Positions 15,800-25,209 of a stretch of DNA of 31,290 nt are shown here, in pieces. Position numbers and translations under genes: made by a program. Below the pieces are notes generated by a model. The model worked only from the letters and a program-made list of their open reading frames with translations, did no database searches and was not told the origin of the DNA. Source of the DNA: Candidatus Iainarchaeum sp. (GTDB lineage: Archaea > Iainarchaeota > Iainarchaeia > Iainarchaeales > Iainarchaeaceae); NCBI GenBank assembly GCA_038895675.1, contig JAWANB010000005.1, positions 1 to 31,290 of the forward strand, in the 5' to 3' direction. Numbering within the stretch: position 1 is the stretch's first letter; each line of letters begins with the position of its first letter.

Positions 15800-17698
15800 T
15801 TATTTTAGTCTTATGCTGTCCAAGTTTTTAATTGCTTGTGAACTTATTTCAAACTTTGCTGAAAAATATTTGGCTAATTCTATTGTTTTTGCCGCTTCTC
15901 CATGGTTAGTGAGTATTTTCTTTGGCTTTGGCTTTAAGCTTCTAACATAAGATACTAATTGTGCTCTATCAGAGTGACCTGAAAATCCTTCTATTGTTTC
16001 TACCCTCATATTTATTTCTAATTTTTTTGTTTTCCCGTCATTCAATGTTATTGGTATGCTTCTCAACCCTGCTTGAATTTTTCTTCCTAAAGTGCCTTCA
16101 CCTTGATAACCTACGAATATTAGCGTGTTTATTGGGTTTTCTGCTAACTTGTAAAAGTATTGGACGCTTGCGCCTCCTGTCATCATTCCGCTAGAGGCTA
16201 GTATTATTGCTCTACCATTTTGGCATATGTTGTCTCTATCTTCTGGTTTTGCTGTTTGGAATATTTCAGAAGTGAAAGGGCTGTCGTTTTGTAAGACTCT
16301 CGTTTGCACTATGTTTCTTAAGTATTCAGGATAAGCAGTATGGATTGCCGAGCTTTCTTTTGTCATTCCGTCTATGTAAACTTTTACTTCTGGATCTATT
16401 AGTCCTTTTCTGTAAAAGTTTTCTATTACTAATTGTAATTCTTGAGCTCTCCCAACCGCAAAAACAGGTATTAATACTATCCCGCCTTGGTTTACGGTTT
16501 CTTGTATTACTTTTAGCAAAGTAGCTTCTGTTTCTTCTCGTTGTGGCATTATGTCTTCTTTCGCACCATAAGTGCTTTCAATTATCAATGTCTCAAGTCT
16601 CGGATAATTAATGTCAACATTGTTGAAAAGTCTTGTAAACCCATACTTTATGTCTGCACCATAAACCAAGTTATGGGCTCCTTCTCCTATGTGCAAGTGC
16701 ACCGAGGCACTTCCAAGTACGTGTGCCGCATTATGAAAAGTTATTCTAATGTCTGGCGCTATGTCTGTTACTTCTCTGTATTCTCTCGTTATTGTATGTT
16801 TTAGCATTTCTTTTATGTCTCTCTCTCCAAACGGTGCTTCTTTATTTTCTTTTGCTATTATGTCAAGGTAATCAAACAATAGCAATGCGCTCAAATCTCT
16901 TGTTGGTTCAGTACAATACATTGGCCCAGAATAACCTGCTTTGTACAAGTAAGGTATAAATCCGCAGTGGTCCATGTGCGCATGGCTTAACACTATTGCA
17001 TCCAATTCGTTTATTGGAAACCTTATGGCATCTAAATAGGGGTACATTTCTTCAGGCGTTTGAGCTCCAACATTTATTCCGCAATCTAAAAGTATTTTTG
17101 TTTTTCTTGTTTCTAATAATATGCAACTTCTTCCAACTTGCCTAAATCCTCCTAAAGGCGTTAGTCTTATCCAACTTGGCTGTGGTTGTTCTCCGTAAAT
17201 CTTTTTTGCCACTTCTATGAGATATTTTCTTCTTTCAGAAGCATACTTGACAAGGTGATGTCTTATGCCTTTTAGTATTTCGCTTGGTGATGAAGGCGCT
17301 CTAACTATGTGTGGTGTCCAACCTGTCTCCAAAATTATTTTTTTTGTAATTTCACCATTTTTGCCTATTACTACTCCTGGTTTCATGGCTTCAATCATTA
17401 CTTCAGAAAACGCTTCCATGAATTGCACATCGCTTACACCAGCATCTTTTGGTATTATTTCTAATATTTTTTCTTTTGCTTCTTTTTCTTCCAATAGTAA
17501 AGACTTGTCTACTCTTATGTTTACCTTTTTCTTGAGTTTTTGAGCAAGGTCTTTTACGTAAGATTCGTTGTCATGAAAAGCCTTTGGGTTTTCAGTGTAA
17601 ATAGCTATTTCTGGGCCTTCAAGCTCTACAGAAGTAATTCCTGCCTCTTTAGGAATTGTTTCATTGACTATGTCTTTAACTTGTTTCAGGTATTCCAT
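15800..17698 (-). CDS. fttA: aCPSF1/FttA KH-domain beta-CASP ribonuclease (transcription termination factor)
   Basis: N-terminal KH domains (EGPEIAIY, KPGVVIGKNG), LGGFRQVGRSC, SHAHMDHCG, ESTYG and GFSGHSD motifs. 632 aa, adjacent to psmB. Confidence 0.97.
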   Translation of the reverse strand: MEYLKQVKDIVNETIPKEAGITSVELEGPEIAIYTENPKAFHDNESYVKDLAQKLKKKVNIRVDKSLLLEEKEAKEKILEIIPKDAGVSDVQFMEAFSEVMIEAMKPGVVIGKNGEITKKIILETGWTPHIVRAPSSPSEILKGIRHHLVKYASERRKYLIEVAKKIYGEQPQPSWIRLTPLGGFRQVGRSCILLETRKTKILLDCGINVGAQTPEEMYPYLDAIRFPINELDAIVLSHAHMDHCGFIPYLYKAGYSGPMYCTEPTRDLSALLLFDYLDIIAKENKEAPFGERDIKEMLKHTITREYREVTDIAPDIRITFHNAAHVLGSASVHLHIGEGAHNLVYGADIKYGFTRLFNNVDINYPRLETLIIESTYGAKEDIMPQREETEATLLKVIQETVNQGGIVLIPVFAVGRAQELQLVIENFYRKGLIDPEVKVYIDGMTKESSAIHTAYPEYLRNIVQTRVLQNDSPFTSEIFQTAKPEDRDNICQNGRAIILASSGMMTGGASVQYFYKLAENPINTLIFVGYQGEGTLGRKIQAGLRSIPITLNDGKTKKLEINMRVETIEGFSGHSDRAQLVSYVRSLKPKPKKILTNHGEAAKTIELAKYFSAKFEISSQAIKNLDSIRLK

Positions 17699-17735
17699 CT
17701 TAGGACCTTTTTTTATTTTTAAAATAAGCTTATTT

Positions 17736-18374
17736 TTATGCTTCTGTTTTAATATACTTTGTTAGAGTCTCTTGTGGTACTTGCCTTACTCCTTTCGAAT
17801 CAACAACAAATACAGTTACACCTTTGCCTCCAGAAAAAACGTCTCTTCTTTTTCCAGCTTCTATTGCTTTTATACCTAACAATATTGCTTCTTTTTCGTT
17901 CATTCCTTCTTTATAATAATTGTCTAAAGTAGCTAAGGCTTGTTCTGTCCCAGAACCAGTTGCACCATAATTTTTTCTTTCTAACATTGCTCCAAAAGGC
18001 GTTACATCAAAAAGTTCAGGGCCATTATTGTATCCTGCAACTAAAAATTGGCAAATATAAGGGTAATACCTTGAAGAACCTAATATGTTTGAAAGTAGAT
18101 TTGAGGCTTCTTTAGCAGTCATTTTCTCTTCTCTTTCTAACTCGTAAATTTTCGCTTGTGCTTTCAAAAACCTTATTACCATTAAACTATCTCCCACATT
18201 ACCTGCATTCGTGATTGCAAAGATGCCATTTATGTCATAAATTTTTTCAGAGTCTTCTTCGTAAACAATGTGGCCCATGCTTGCGCGCTTGTCCGCTGCA
18301 AGAACTACGCCGTTATTATATATTATTCCTACGGTTGTAGTGCCAGTTTTAAGTTGTTTTAAGTCTTTGTCCAT
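17736..18374 (-). CDS. psmB: Proteasome beta subunit
   Basis: Short propeptide followed by KTG-TTTVG, AADKRAS, ATGSG and RRDVFSG. Confidence 0.97.
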   Translation of the reverse strand: MDKDLKQLKTGTTTVGIIYNNGVVLAADKRASMGHIVYEEDSEKIYDINGIFAITNAGNVGDSLMVIRFLKAQAKIYELEREEKMTAKEASNLLSNILGSSRYYPYICQFLVAGYNNGPELFDVTPFGAMLERKNYGATGSGTEQALATLDNYYKEGMNEKEAILLGIKAIEAGKRRDVFSGGKGVTVFVVDSKGVRQVPQETLTKYIKTEA

Positions 18375-18602
18375 AAAAACCAGTAAATCATTAGGTATTA
18401 ATGTTTCATTCTGAAATATTTATAAACCTGATTTCTAAACCTCTCTAAACCTCTTTGCGTTCTTTTTTATACTTGTTTTTGTTTTGTGATTTGTTTTTTA
18501 GGCGTTTTTTTTATTGTCAGGTCTTTTTTCTAGTTGTTTTTGTTTATAATTATCATTCATTTATACAGAGCCTTTGTAAGCCTGAATTAATTATTTTTTC
18601 AA

Positions 18603-19283
18603 TTAAGACGTTTTTTCTTGTTTTTGTTCTTTTTCTACGAATTCAACTTCTTTTATTTCTGGCATCATTTCTTTTACTTTTTTTACAAAAATCGGTATTA
18701 CTTGAGAAAGTTTTTGTGCTTTGCTTTTATCCATTTCTATTAATAGTTTTTCATTTACTATTTTTGCAATAGGTTTTTCTTTTAGCGGAAAGAATTTTTC
18801 AACAATTATTTGAGCTTTCTCGTTTTTATCTTTAACTTCTTTAACTACTTTAACCTCATATTCTAAGTCATGGCCTGCAAGATCACTATTCAAATCAACT
18901 CTGACTCTTCCTCCTGAAACAGTTTGTACTCTACCATACGCTCCATTTACTTCAACTATTAAGCCTGGAAAAGGCTGTATTTTTCTTTTAGTGAATTCAG
19001 CGAGAGGTACTAACACTATTAGTTCCTTTCTTCTTTGGCCAAATCCTTTGTCAGCACTTATAATTGACTTTTTTGACTCGTTTTCTTCCATTTGTAGTAG
19101 CATTTCATCAATGCCTTTTATTATTTCTCCTATGCCAACTATTATTGGCAATGGCCCATATTTCTTGTTTTGGTCATATATGTTGTTTTCTTTTGCTACT
19201 TCTTCAGAAGTAGTGTCAAATATTTTTCCAGTAACCAAGTCTCTTCCGGTAAATTCTATGTAAGCAATGCTGTTTTGTTTCAT
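18603..19283 (-). CDS. slyD: FKBP-type peptidyl-prolyl isomerase (archaeal long SlyD type)
   Basis: FTGR...GKIFDTT, YGPL, IIKGIDE and GGRVRVDLNSDLAG motifs. Confidence 0.92.
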   Translation of the reverse strand: MKQNSIAYIEFTGRDLVTGKIFDTTSEEVAKENNIYDQNKKYGPLPIIVGIGEIIKGIDEMLLQMEENESKKSIISADKGFGQRRKELIVLVPLAEFTKRKIQPFPGLIVEVNGAYGRVQTVSGGRVRVDLNSDLAGHDLEYEVKVVKEVKDKNEKAQIIVEKFFPLKEKPIAKIVNEKLLIEMDKSKAQKLSQVIPIFVKKVKEMMPEIKEVEFVEKEQKQEKTS

Positions 19284-19335
19284 TATTACAGAGATTTGGC
19301 AATAAATTAAAAGAACTATGTTTTGAATTTTTACT

Positions 19336-20643
19336 ATGCTTTCTAAACAACAATTTTGGGCACTTTTTATAGCAATACTAATGCTTGGTTCTTTATTTTT
19401 TTTGTTTCCTCGTTCAGAACAAAAACCACCTCAAGTAGTCAATCCTAATGTTGAAGGAGCAACACAAGTAAATTATACTGCTTCTGGAGTTGATGCTAAC
19501 GTTATCCAAGTTTTTCCAAGTGCCGTGATTTTAGGCAAAACAAGCGAAGCTGAAACTTACGCTATTGACTCTAAAATAATGTCTTCCAACATAGTTTTGT
19601 CTATTTCAAATTCAGAATTTGTAGGAGATATTTATAGGGCTCAAGTTAGGTTTAAGTCAACTTCAGATTTCCAAAAACTTCAAGAATTTCTTTCAAATAC
19701 TGAAGAACTTTCCCAATTAGGTATTTTTCCTCAAGCATTAATAAAGTTAGGTGGCAAAACACAATTGAAAAATGAAGAAACAGGCATAACTCTCGACTAC
19801 GAGTTTCCAATGAATCAAGTAAATGCTATTGTACAATTGGACACTTTGAAAGGCGATAAAATAAAAGTTGATTTGGTAGCAATTTTTGAAGGCAAACAAT
19901 TAGTTAATGCTTTAGCACAAGAGACTTCAAACTTAGAAACAGCTCAACAATTAGTTTTCACTGGCGGAAATTACAATGTTTCACAAATAAGTGATGATTA
20001 TGCCTTTAATACTATAGCAAAATTTAATGAAGTCAACAAACTTTATTCTTTGATTTCTTTTATAGAGGAAAAGGTAGGGAAAGAACGAGTTTCTGCCAAG
20101 GTTTCTCCAACAAACCTGCAACTAAAAACAACTTTGGAATCACAATATTTTTCAGAGGACGTTAATAGATTATTGTCAAGCTTTTCCGACATAGAAAATT
20201 TTACAATAAATCAAGACACTAACGAAATAGTTCTCACGGCAAAACAGGATTCAAACTTATTTTCATTGAGTGAAAAAGTTTTGGAAGAATTTTCTTCGTT
20301 GGGCTATAAGACTGGAAATTTTATTGGCCCTAACTTTTCTTTGAGCGGAGAAATTTTCGGAACAAATTTAGAAAAAATAGAAGACATAAATAATTATGCA
20401 AAAAAACAAAGCCTAAAATTTGAAATATTAAGAAAAGTGTTTGTTAATGCGGAATCAATTTTTTCAGAAGAACAAAACTTTTCTTATAAAGTTCCGGAAG
20501 GAAATTTTGAGGCTTGGGTATCTCCAAAAGTTTCTCAAGACCAAAACGTCAATTTGTCTATTTTTATGATAGCTTCAAAGAGATATGGGGCTTATAGTGT
20601 GCAAGCAAAGGAAGCTGATAACAGCTTCATAGAAGCGACTTAA
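19336..20643 (+). CDS. Membrane-anchored hypothetical protein with apparent internal duplication
   Basis: N-terminal TM (FWALFIAILMLGSLFFLF) and two similar halves. Confidence 0.75.
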   Translation: MLSKQQFWALFIAILMLGSLFFLFPRSEQKPPQVVNPNVEGATQVNYTASGVDANVIQVFPSAVILGKTSEAETYAIDSKIMSSNIVLSISNSEFVGDIYRAQVRFKSTSDFQKLQEFLSNTEELSQLGIFPQALIKLGGKTQLKNEETGITLDYEFPMNQVNAIVQLDTLKGDKIKVDLVAIFEGKQLVNALAQETSNLETAQQLVFTGGNYNVSQISDDYAFNTIAKFNEVNKLYSLISFIEEKVGKERVSAKVSPTNLQLKTTLESQYFSEDVNRLLSSFSDIENFTINQDTNEIVLTAKQDSNLFSLSEKVLEEFSSLGYKTGNFIGPNFSLSGEIFGTNLEKIEDINNYAKKQSLKFEILRKVFVNAESIFSEEQNFSYKVPEGNFEAWVSPKVSQDQNVNLSIFMIASKRYGAYSVQAKEADNSFIEAT

Positions 20644-20734
20644 AAGCGACTTAAAAAACAATCATATTAAAAGATTCCAAACTAATTTGAAAAACTTAGC
20701 GTGATTTCTACAAAGAAAATACTAACCAAGTCAT

Positions 20735-21376
20735 TTATTCTTCTGCCCATTTTCTTATTATTTTTAGTGTGTTTATTTGGTCTTCTATTTCTGCTATTTT
20801 TTTTGAGATGTCATTTATCATAGAATCAGACATTTCAGCTCTCAATCCTTGTAAAACATCAACGTATTTAGCTAATTTTTTGTCTTTTTTATAAGCAATA
20901 CTATTTTTCACTGTTTCAACCAAATTTTTTCTATAGTCGCTGTCTTGCAAAAACATTTTTATCATTGGCTTGTACCTATCGTCAGAAGCTAAGTGGGCAG
21001 GCAATCCTACCAATTCAGCATCTTCTCTATATTGTTTGTCCATTAATATTCTTTTTACATGTTGCCAGTAAAGAGGCTCTTTGAACTTTAGTATGTGGTG
21101 TTTTGCATGATAATTTTTTGCTTCGCTTAGTCTTTTTTTCCATTCATTTTGCTTTTCTATGAATTTTAGTCTTTTTTCAGTAAGTTCTTTTATTTGTGCA
21201 TCAATTCTGAATATGGAAGGATAAATTAGTTTTGGCCATCCTTTTTCTTTTTTTAAAACTGAAATGACGCCTCCGTAATCAAAGTACTTTTTTAGAGCTT
21301 CGAGCCTTTCAGGTTTGTCCGCCAAACTATAATTGCTATTAAAGACTTTAAAAGAACTTATTACATTTTGCTTCAT
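20735..21376 (-). CDS. Hypothetical helical protein
   Basis: 213-aa ORF with coiled coils flanking a short repeated segment. Divergent from nac. Confidence 0.75.
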   Translation of the reverse strand: MKQNVISSFKVFNSNYSLADKPERLEALKKYFDYGGVISVLKKEKGWPKLIYPSIFRIDAQIKELTEKRLKFIEKQNEWKKRLSEAKNYHAKHHILKFKEPLYWQHVKRILMDKQYREDAELVGLPAHLASDDRYKPMIKMFLQDSDYRKNLVETVKNSIAYKKDKKLAKYVDVLQGLRAEMSDSMINDISKKIAEIEDQINTLKIIRKWAEE

Positions 21377-21515
21377 AACTCAAAATCAAATGAAAAAACC
21401 AATATTAAATTTGTCGTTCGGCTTTTTTTTGCCCATTTTTCGGTCTTTTATTGTCATTATAATTTTTTTAGGCATTATTTTTGTTTGTTTTTTAAACTTT
21501 TTCCAATTCTTTTTT

Positions 21516-21866
21516 ATGATGTTTCCAGGTTTAGGTAATGACCCTAAAAAAATGAAGCAAATGCTTCAACAATTTGGCATAAAGACTGAAGACTTGGATG
21601 CAAACAGAGTTATTATAGAGTCCCAATCAAAAACGCTTGTTATTGAAAAACCAAGCATAACGTTGATGAAAGTTCAGGGTCAGAGCATTTATACTATAAT
21701 AGGAAACGCTTTAGAACAAAAAAAAGACTTAGAAATACCAGAAGCAGACATAAACTTGGTTGCAGAACAAGCAAAAGTAAGCAAAGAACAAGCATTGAAC
21801 GCCTTAAAAGACTCTAAAGGTGACATAGCTGAAGCAATACAAAAACTATTAGAGAAAAACAAATAG
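21516..21866 (+). CDS. nac: Nascent polypeptide-associated complex protein (archaeal NAC)
   Basis: MMFPGLGNDPKKMKQMLQQFGI... with a C-terminal UBA-like domain (DINLVAEQAKVS...GDIAEAI). Start moved from 21333 to 21516 or 21519. Confidence 0.93.
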   Translation: MMFPGLGNDPKKMKQMLQQFGIKTEDLDANRVIIESQSKTLVIEKPSITLMKVQGQSIYTIIGNALEQKKDLEIPEADINLVAEQAKVSKEQALNALKDSKGDIAEAIQKLLEKNK

Positions 21867-21953
21867 CTTATTATCTAATACTTACTAGCACTGGCAGTTT
21901 ACTCCTTAAGCGTCTTTTTATTTAGTTAGTTAATACTTTTTTTTGGTGATTTA

Positions 21954-22028
21954 ATGTACACCTTTCAAATAGTTTTTTTTGACGACAAGAATGCAAAAAT
22001 GTTCAAAGAAGCTTTTGAAGCAAACTGA
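21954..22028 (+). CDS. Possible 24-aa leader/small peptide (MYTFQIVFFDDKNAKMFKEAFEAN)
   Basis: GGTGAT RBS 3 nt before ATG. Its TGA stop overlaps the GAGGGGG RBS of the next gene. Confidence 0.35.
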   Translation: MYTFQIVFFDDKNAKMFKEAFEAN

Positions 22029-22038
22029 GGGGGTTAAA

Positions 22039-22278
22039 ATGGAAAAAGGAGATTCACCAAAAACAAAATTCAACGTAGGCCAAATACAAGTAGCTATTTG
22101 GGAAAATCAGAGTGGGGAAGGCAAGAGTAGGCACAGCATAAGACTAACTAAACGCTATAAAGATGGTAATGAATGGAAGTCAACAAACTCTTTAGGCGTT
22201 AACGATCTACCAAAAGCAATGCTTGCATTGAACAAGGCTTACGAATTCGTTCTTTTGAAAGAACAAGCACAAAACTAA
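22039..22278 (+). CDS. Small putative ssDNA-binding protein (PC4/Whirly-like pattern)
   Basis: ATG 22039 with GAGGGGG RBS. Beta-strand pattern IQVAIWEN...SIRLTKRYKDGNEWKSTNS followed by a C-terminal helix. Confidence 0.6.
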   Translation: MEKGDSPKTKFNVGQIQVAIWENQSGEGKSRHSIRLTKRYKDGNEWKSTNSLGVNDLPKAMLALNKAYEFVLLKEQAQN

Positions 22279-22328
22279 CTTTGTGCTTCCAATTTATTTT
22301 TTTCCTTATTTTTTTTATTGGTGCTTGA

Positions 22329-24425
22329 ATGTTTGATATTTTGGAATTGGTCAAGTCAAGAAACAATTTTGAGAAATTTAATCCAATGCAAGAAAAAGCA
22401 ATTAAAGCAGGTATTTTTGAGAAAAGTGTAGTAATAAGTTCTCCAACTGCTTCTGGAAAAACAACTATTGCAGAATTAGTTGCCTTAAATTCAATTCTGA
22501 AAAAAGGGAAAAAAGTAGTTTACACTTGTCCTTTGAGAGCTCTTGCATCTGAACACGCTAAAGACTTTAGAGAAAAATACAAGGATTTGAAAATAAAGTT
22601 TGCTCTTAGTATTGGCGACTTTGATTCTTCCGGCTCAAAACTTGCTTTTAAAGACATGATTTTCACTACTTATGAAAAACTTGATTCTTTGCTTAACCAT
22701 GAAGCAAATTGGCTTTCTAATATTGGCGTCTTAATAGTTGACGAAATACACATGTTAGGTTCAGATAGAGGCCCTACTTTAGAAGTGATAATAACCAAAC
22801 TAAAATTACTAAACAAAAAAATTCAAGTGCTTGGTTTGAGTGCAACCATACCAAACTCTAAAGAAATAGCAGATTGGCTTTCAGCAGAACTCGTTGTTTC
22901 AAATTATAGGCCTGTAGAGTTAAAAGAAGGAATTTATTTAGAAGGCGTAATTTACTTCAAAGATAACATAGAAAAAGTCAGTTTGAGAGAAGATGCTTTA
23001 AGTTCTTTAGCTTTAGACACTTTGAAAAAGAACAAGCAGGCTATTTTCTTTTTGAACACAAGAAAAACAAGTGAAAATTATGCAGAAAAATTAGCTTCTA
23101 TTTCCCAAAACTATTTGTCTGAAAAAGAAAAAAAAGTTCTTGAAAAAGCTTCGCAAATTGTCTTGAATGTCCTTGAACAGCCCACTAAACAATGCCAAAA
23201 ATTAGCTTCTCTCATAAAAAAAGGCTCTTGCTTTCATAATGCTGGTTTATTGCACAAACAGAGGCAAATAATAGAGTCTCTTTTTAAGAAAAACTATTTG
23301 AAATTCATTTCTTCAACACCAACTTTAGCAATAGGTGTTAATCTTCCTGCTTTTAGAGTAATAATGCCTTCCCCTTACCGTTATAGTTCTTTCGGCATGG
23401 AAAAAATTCCAGTTTACGAGTGGAAGCAGGTTGCAGGCAGAGCCGGAAGACCAAAGTATGATAGTTCAGGAGAAGCAATCCTAATAGCAAAAAACGAATC
23501 ACAAAAACAAGATTACTTTGATTACTTTATTTTTGGCGAAATAGAAGAAATAACTTCTTTTTTGAATAATGAACAAGAAATTTCTTTTCATTTATTGAGT
23601 ACTATTTCTTCTGGCTTCATTTCTGACATGGAAAGCGCTGAAGAATTTTTTTCATTAACTTTTTTTGCAAATCAAAACAAAGGAATTTCAAAAATTTCAA
23701 AAAGCATAATCAAAGCCTTAAAATCTTTGATTGAAATGGGGTTTTTAGTAGGCGATGACCAGCGTTTGGAGGCAACTCCTTTAGGAAAAAGAGTAGCTCA
23801 ACTTTACCTTTATCCTTTGTCTGCTCATAAGTTGATTCAAATGCTCAAAGCACAAAAGACCAATTTGTTTAGTTATCTTTTCATTATAGCTTCTCTTGAC
23901 GAGTTTAGACCTTGGCCCAAACCAAGCAAAGATGCTATTTCATTTTTACAAAATTCTTTTATTGAAAAAGACTTGCCTGTAAATTACAATCAAGAAATTT
24001 TTTTGGACGAGCATTTTTTTGAAAAAATTCATGCAACTAACATGCTAATGGATTGGGTAAGTGAAGTAAAAGAACAAAACATAGTAAGTACTTACAACAT
24101 TCAACCAGGGACCTTTAGAATGAAACTTCAAGATGCTGATTGGCTTTGCTATTCTGCCTTTGAATTGTCCAAATTGTTAGGCTTGCAAATGCATTTACCA
24201 AACTTGGCAATATTAAGAAAAAGATTGGCTTATGGAATAAGCGAAGAGTTGATAGAGCTTTGCGAATTAAAAGGTGTTGGAAGAGTGAGAGCAAGAAAAC
24301 TATTTAATTCAGGCTTGAAATCTATAAGTTCTTTGAAAAATGTAGATGTAAAAGACCTTGAAAGAGTATTAGGAAAAAACTTAGCGCAATCGATCAAAGA
24401 GCAATTAGGCCAGGCCAAAAATTAA
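22329..24425 (+). CDS. hel308: Ski2-like SF2 DNA helicase Hel308
   Basis: SPTASGKT, PLRALA, DEIH, LSAT, FHNAGL, GVNLPA, QVAGRAGRP and C-terminal HhH (GVGRVRARKL). Confidence 0.95.
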   Translation: MFDILELVKSRNNFEKFNPMQEKAIKAGIFEKSVVISSPTASGKTTIAELVALNSILKKGKKVVYTCPLRALASEHAKDFREKYKDLKIKFALSIGDFDSSGSKLAFKDMIFTTYEKLDSLLNHEANWLSNIGVLIVDEIHMLGSDRGPTLEVIITKLKLLNKKIQVLGLSATIPNSKEIADWLSAELVVSNYRPVELKEGIYLEGVIYFKDNIEKVSLREDALSSLALDTLKKNKQAIFFLNTRKTSENYAEKLASISQNYLSEKEKKVLEKASQIVLNVLEQPTKQCQKLASLIKKGSCFHNAGLLHKQRQIIESLFKKNYLKFISSTPTLAIGVNLPAFRVIMPSPYRYSSFGMEKIPVYEWKQVAGRAGRPKYDSSGEAILIAKNESQKQDYFDYFIFGEIEEITSFLNNEQEISFHLLSTISSGFISDMESAEEFFSLTFFANQNKGISKISKSIIKALKSLIEMGFLVGDDQRLEATPLGKRVAQLYLYPLSAHKLIQMLKAQKTNLFSYLFIIASLDEFRPWPKPSKDAISFLQNSFIEKDLPVNYNQEIFLDEHFFEKIHATNMLMDWVSEVKEQNIVSTYNIQPGTFRMKLQDADWLCYSAFELSKLLGLQMHLPNLAILRKRLAYGISEELIELCELKGVGRVRARKLFNSGLKSISSLKNVDVKDLERVLGKNLAQSIKEQLGQAKN

Positions 24426-25201
24426 CGTAACAATAGCACATAAATCACTATTATGATTGCGATTAAAGCCAATAGTATTACTAATAAATCTGTTTTGTCA
24501 AATTTTATTTCTTTTTTAGAATGTTCTTTTTTGTTATTAAACAAGTTAATGATACTAATTAGTTTTTCGATAAAGTAATAAATCGTTTCTTGAAACAAAC
24601 TCGGCCAATTTTTTATTTCAGAAACATCTTTTATGGCTTCTTGCAATTCGTCTTTTTTTTCAAAATTATTTTCCTTTTTAGGAAAATTATCTTTACATTC
24701 TATCGAGCCATCAAAGCCATTCACACAGACAAAAAATTTTTTACCACCAACGTTTACTCTTAATTTCCAAAAAGGGACAAAGTTAAGGGTTAAGCCAGAA
24801 ATAACTACTAAATCTTTTGTTGTTTGATACTTTGAAGCTAATCTCATTCTAATTAGTTTTTCGGCTTCTTTTTCGTTTATTCTTGGCTGAATTACTTTGT
24901 ATTGGTAGTTGTGTTTTATTTCTTTGCTTGGATTTTCAATTTGCAAAATCAGGTTAGAAAGTTTAGGTTCGAGATTACCATTATTCGCGTTTAAAGCATT
25001 GTTTCCTTGTTCAACAACCTTTGTTTGATTTTTTTCTTCTTTATATGCATCAAAAGAAAAGAAATAATATGGCACATATTCTAATTCATAGCCTATAAAA
25101 GAGTGGTTTTTTGCGTTGTTAGAGTCAAAAAAATTTGAAACCTTCTCTTCCGCGCATCCTAAGTCGCAGGAAACCGGAAAAGCTGGTTTCTCTAAAAACA
25201 T
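24422..25201 (-). CDS. Hypothetical tail-anchored protein with two tandem repeats, downstream of sepF
   Basis: YVPYY...NANNG and FVPFW...VNGFDG repeats, C-terminal TM. Starts 8 nt after the sepF stop. Confidence 0.75.
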   Translation of the reverse strand: MFLEKPAFPVSCDLGCAEEKVSNFFDSNNAKNHSFIGYELEYVPYYFFSFDAYKEEKNQTKVVEQGNNALNANNGNLEPKLSNLILQIENPSKEIKHNYQYKVIQPRINEKEAEKLIRMRLASKYQTTKDLVVISGLTLNFVPFWKLRVNVGGKKFFVCVNGFDGSIECKDNFPKKENNFEKKDELQEAIKDVSEIKNWPSLFQETIYYFIEKLISIINLFNNKKEHSKKEIKFDKTDLLVILLALIAIIIVIYVLLLR

Positions 25202-25209
25202 TCACTTCA

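Noticed and set aside
20633..20654. Tandem AAGCGACTTAA x2 (also TCTAAACCTC x2 at 18434-18453)
   Set aside because: Two-copy micro-duplications without spacers. Not CRISPR, likely slippage.
21333..21515. N-terminal extension of the NAC ORF
   Set aside because: Low-complexity Phe-rich read-through of the divergent promoter region that overlaps the neighbouring gene. NAC similarity starts at MMFPG.
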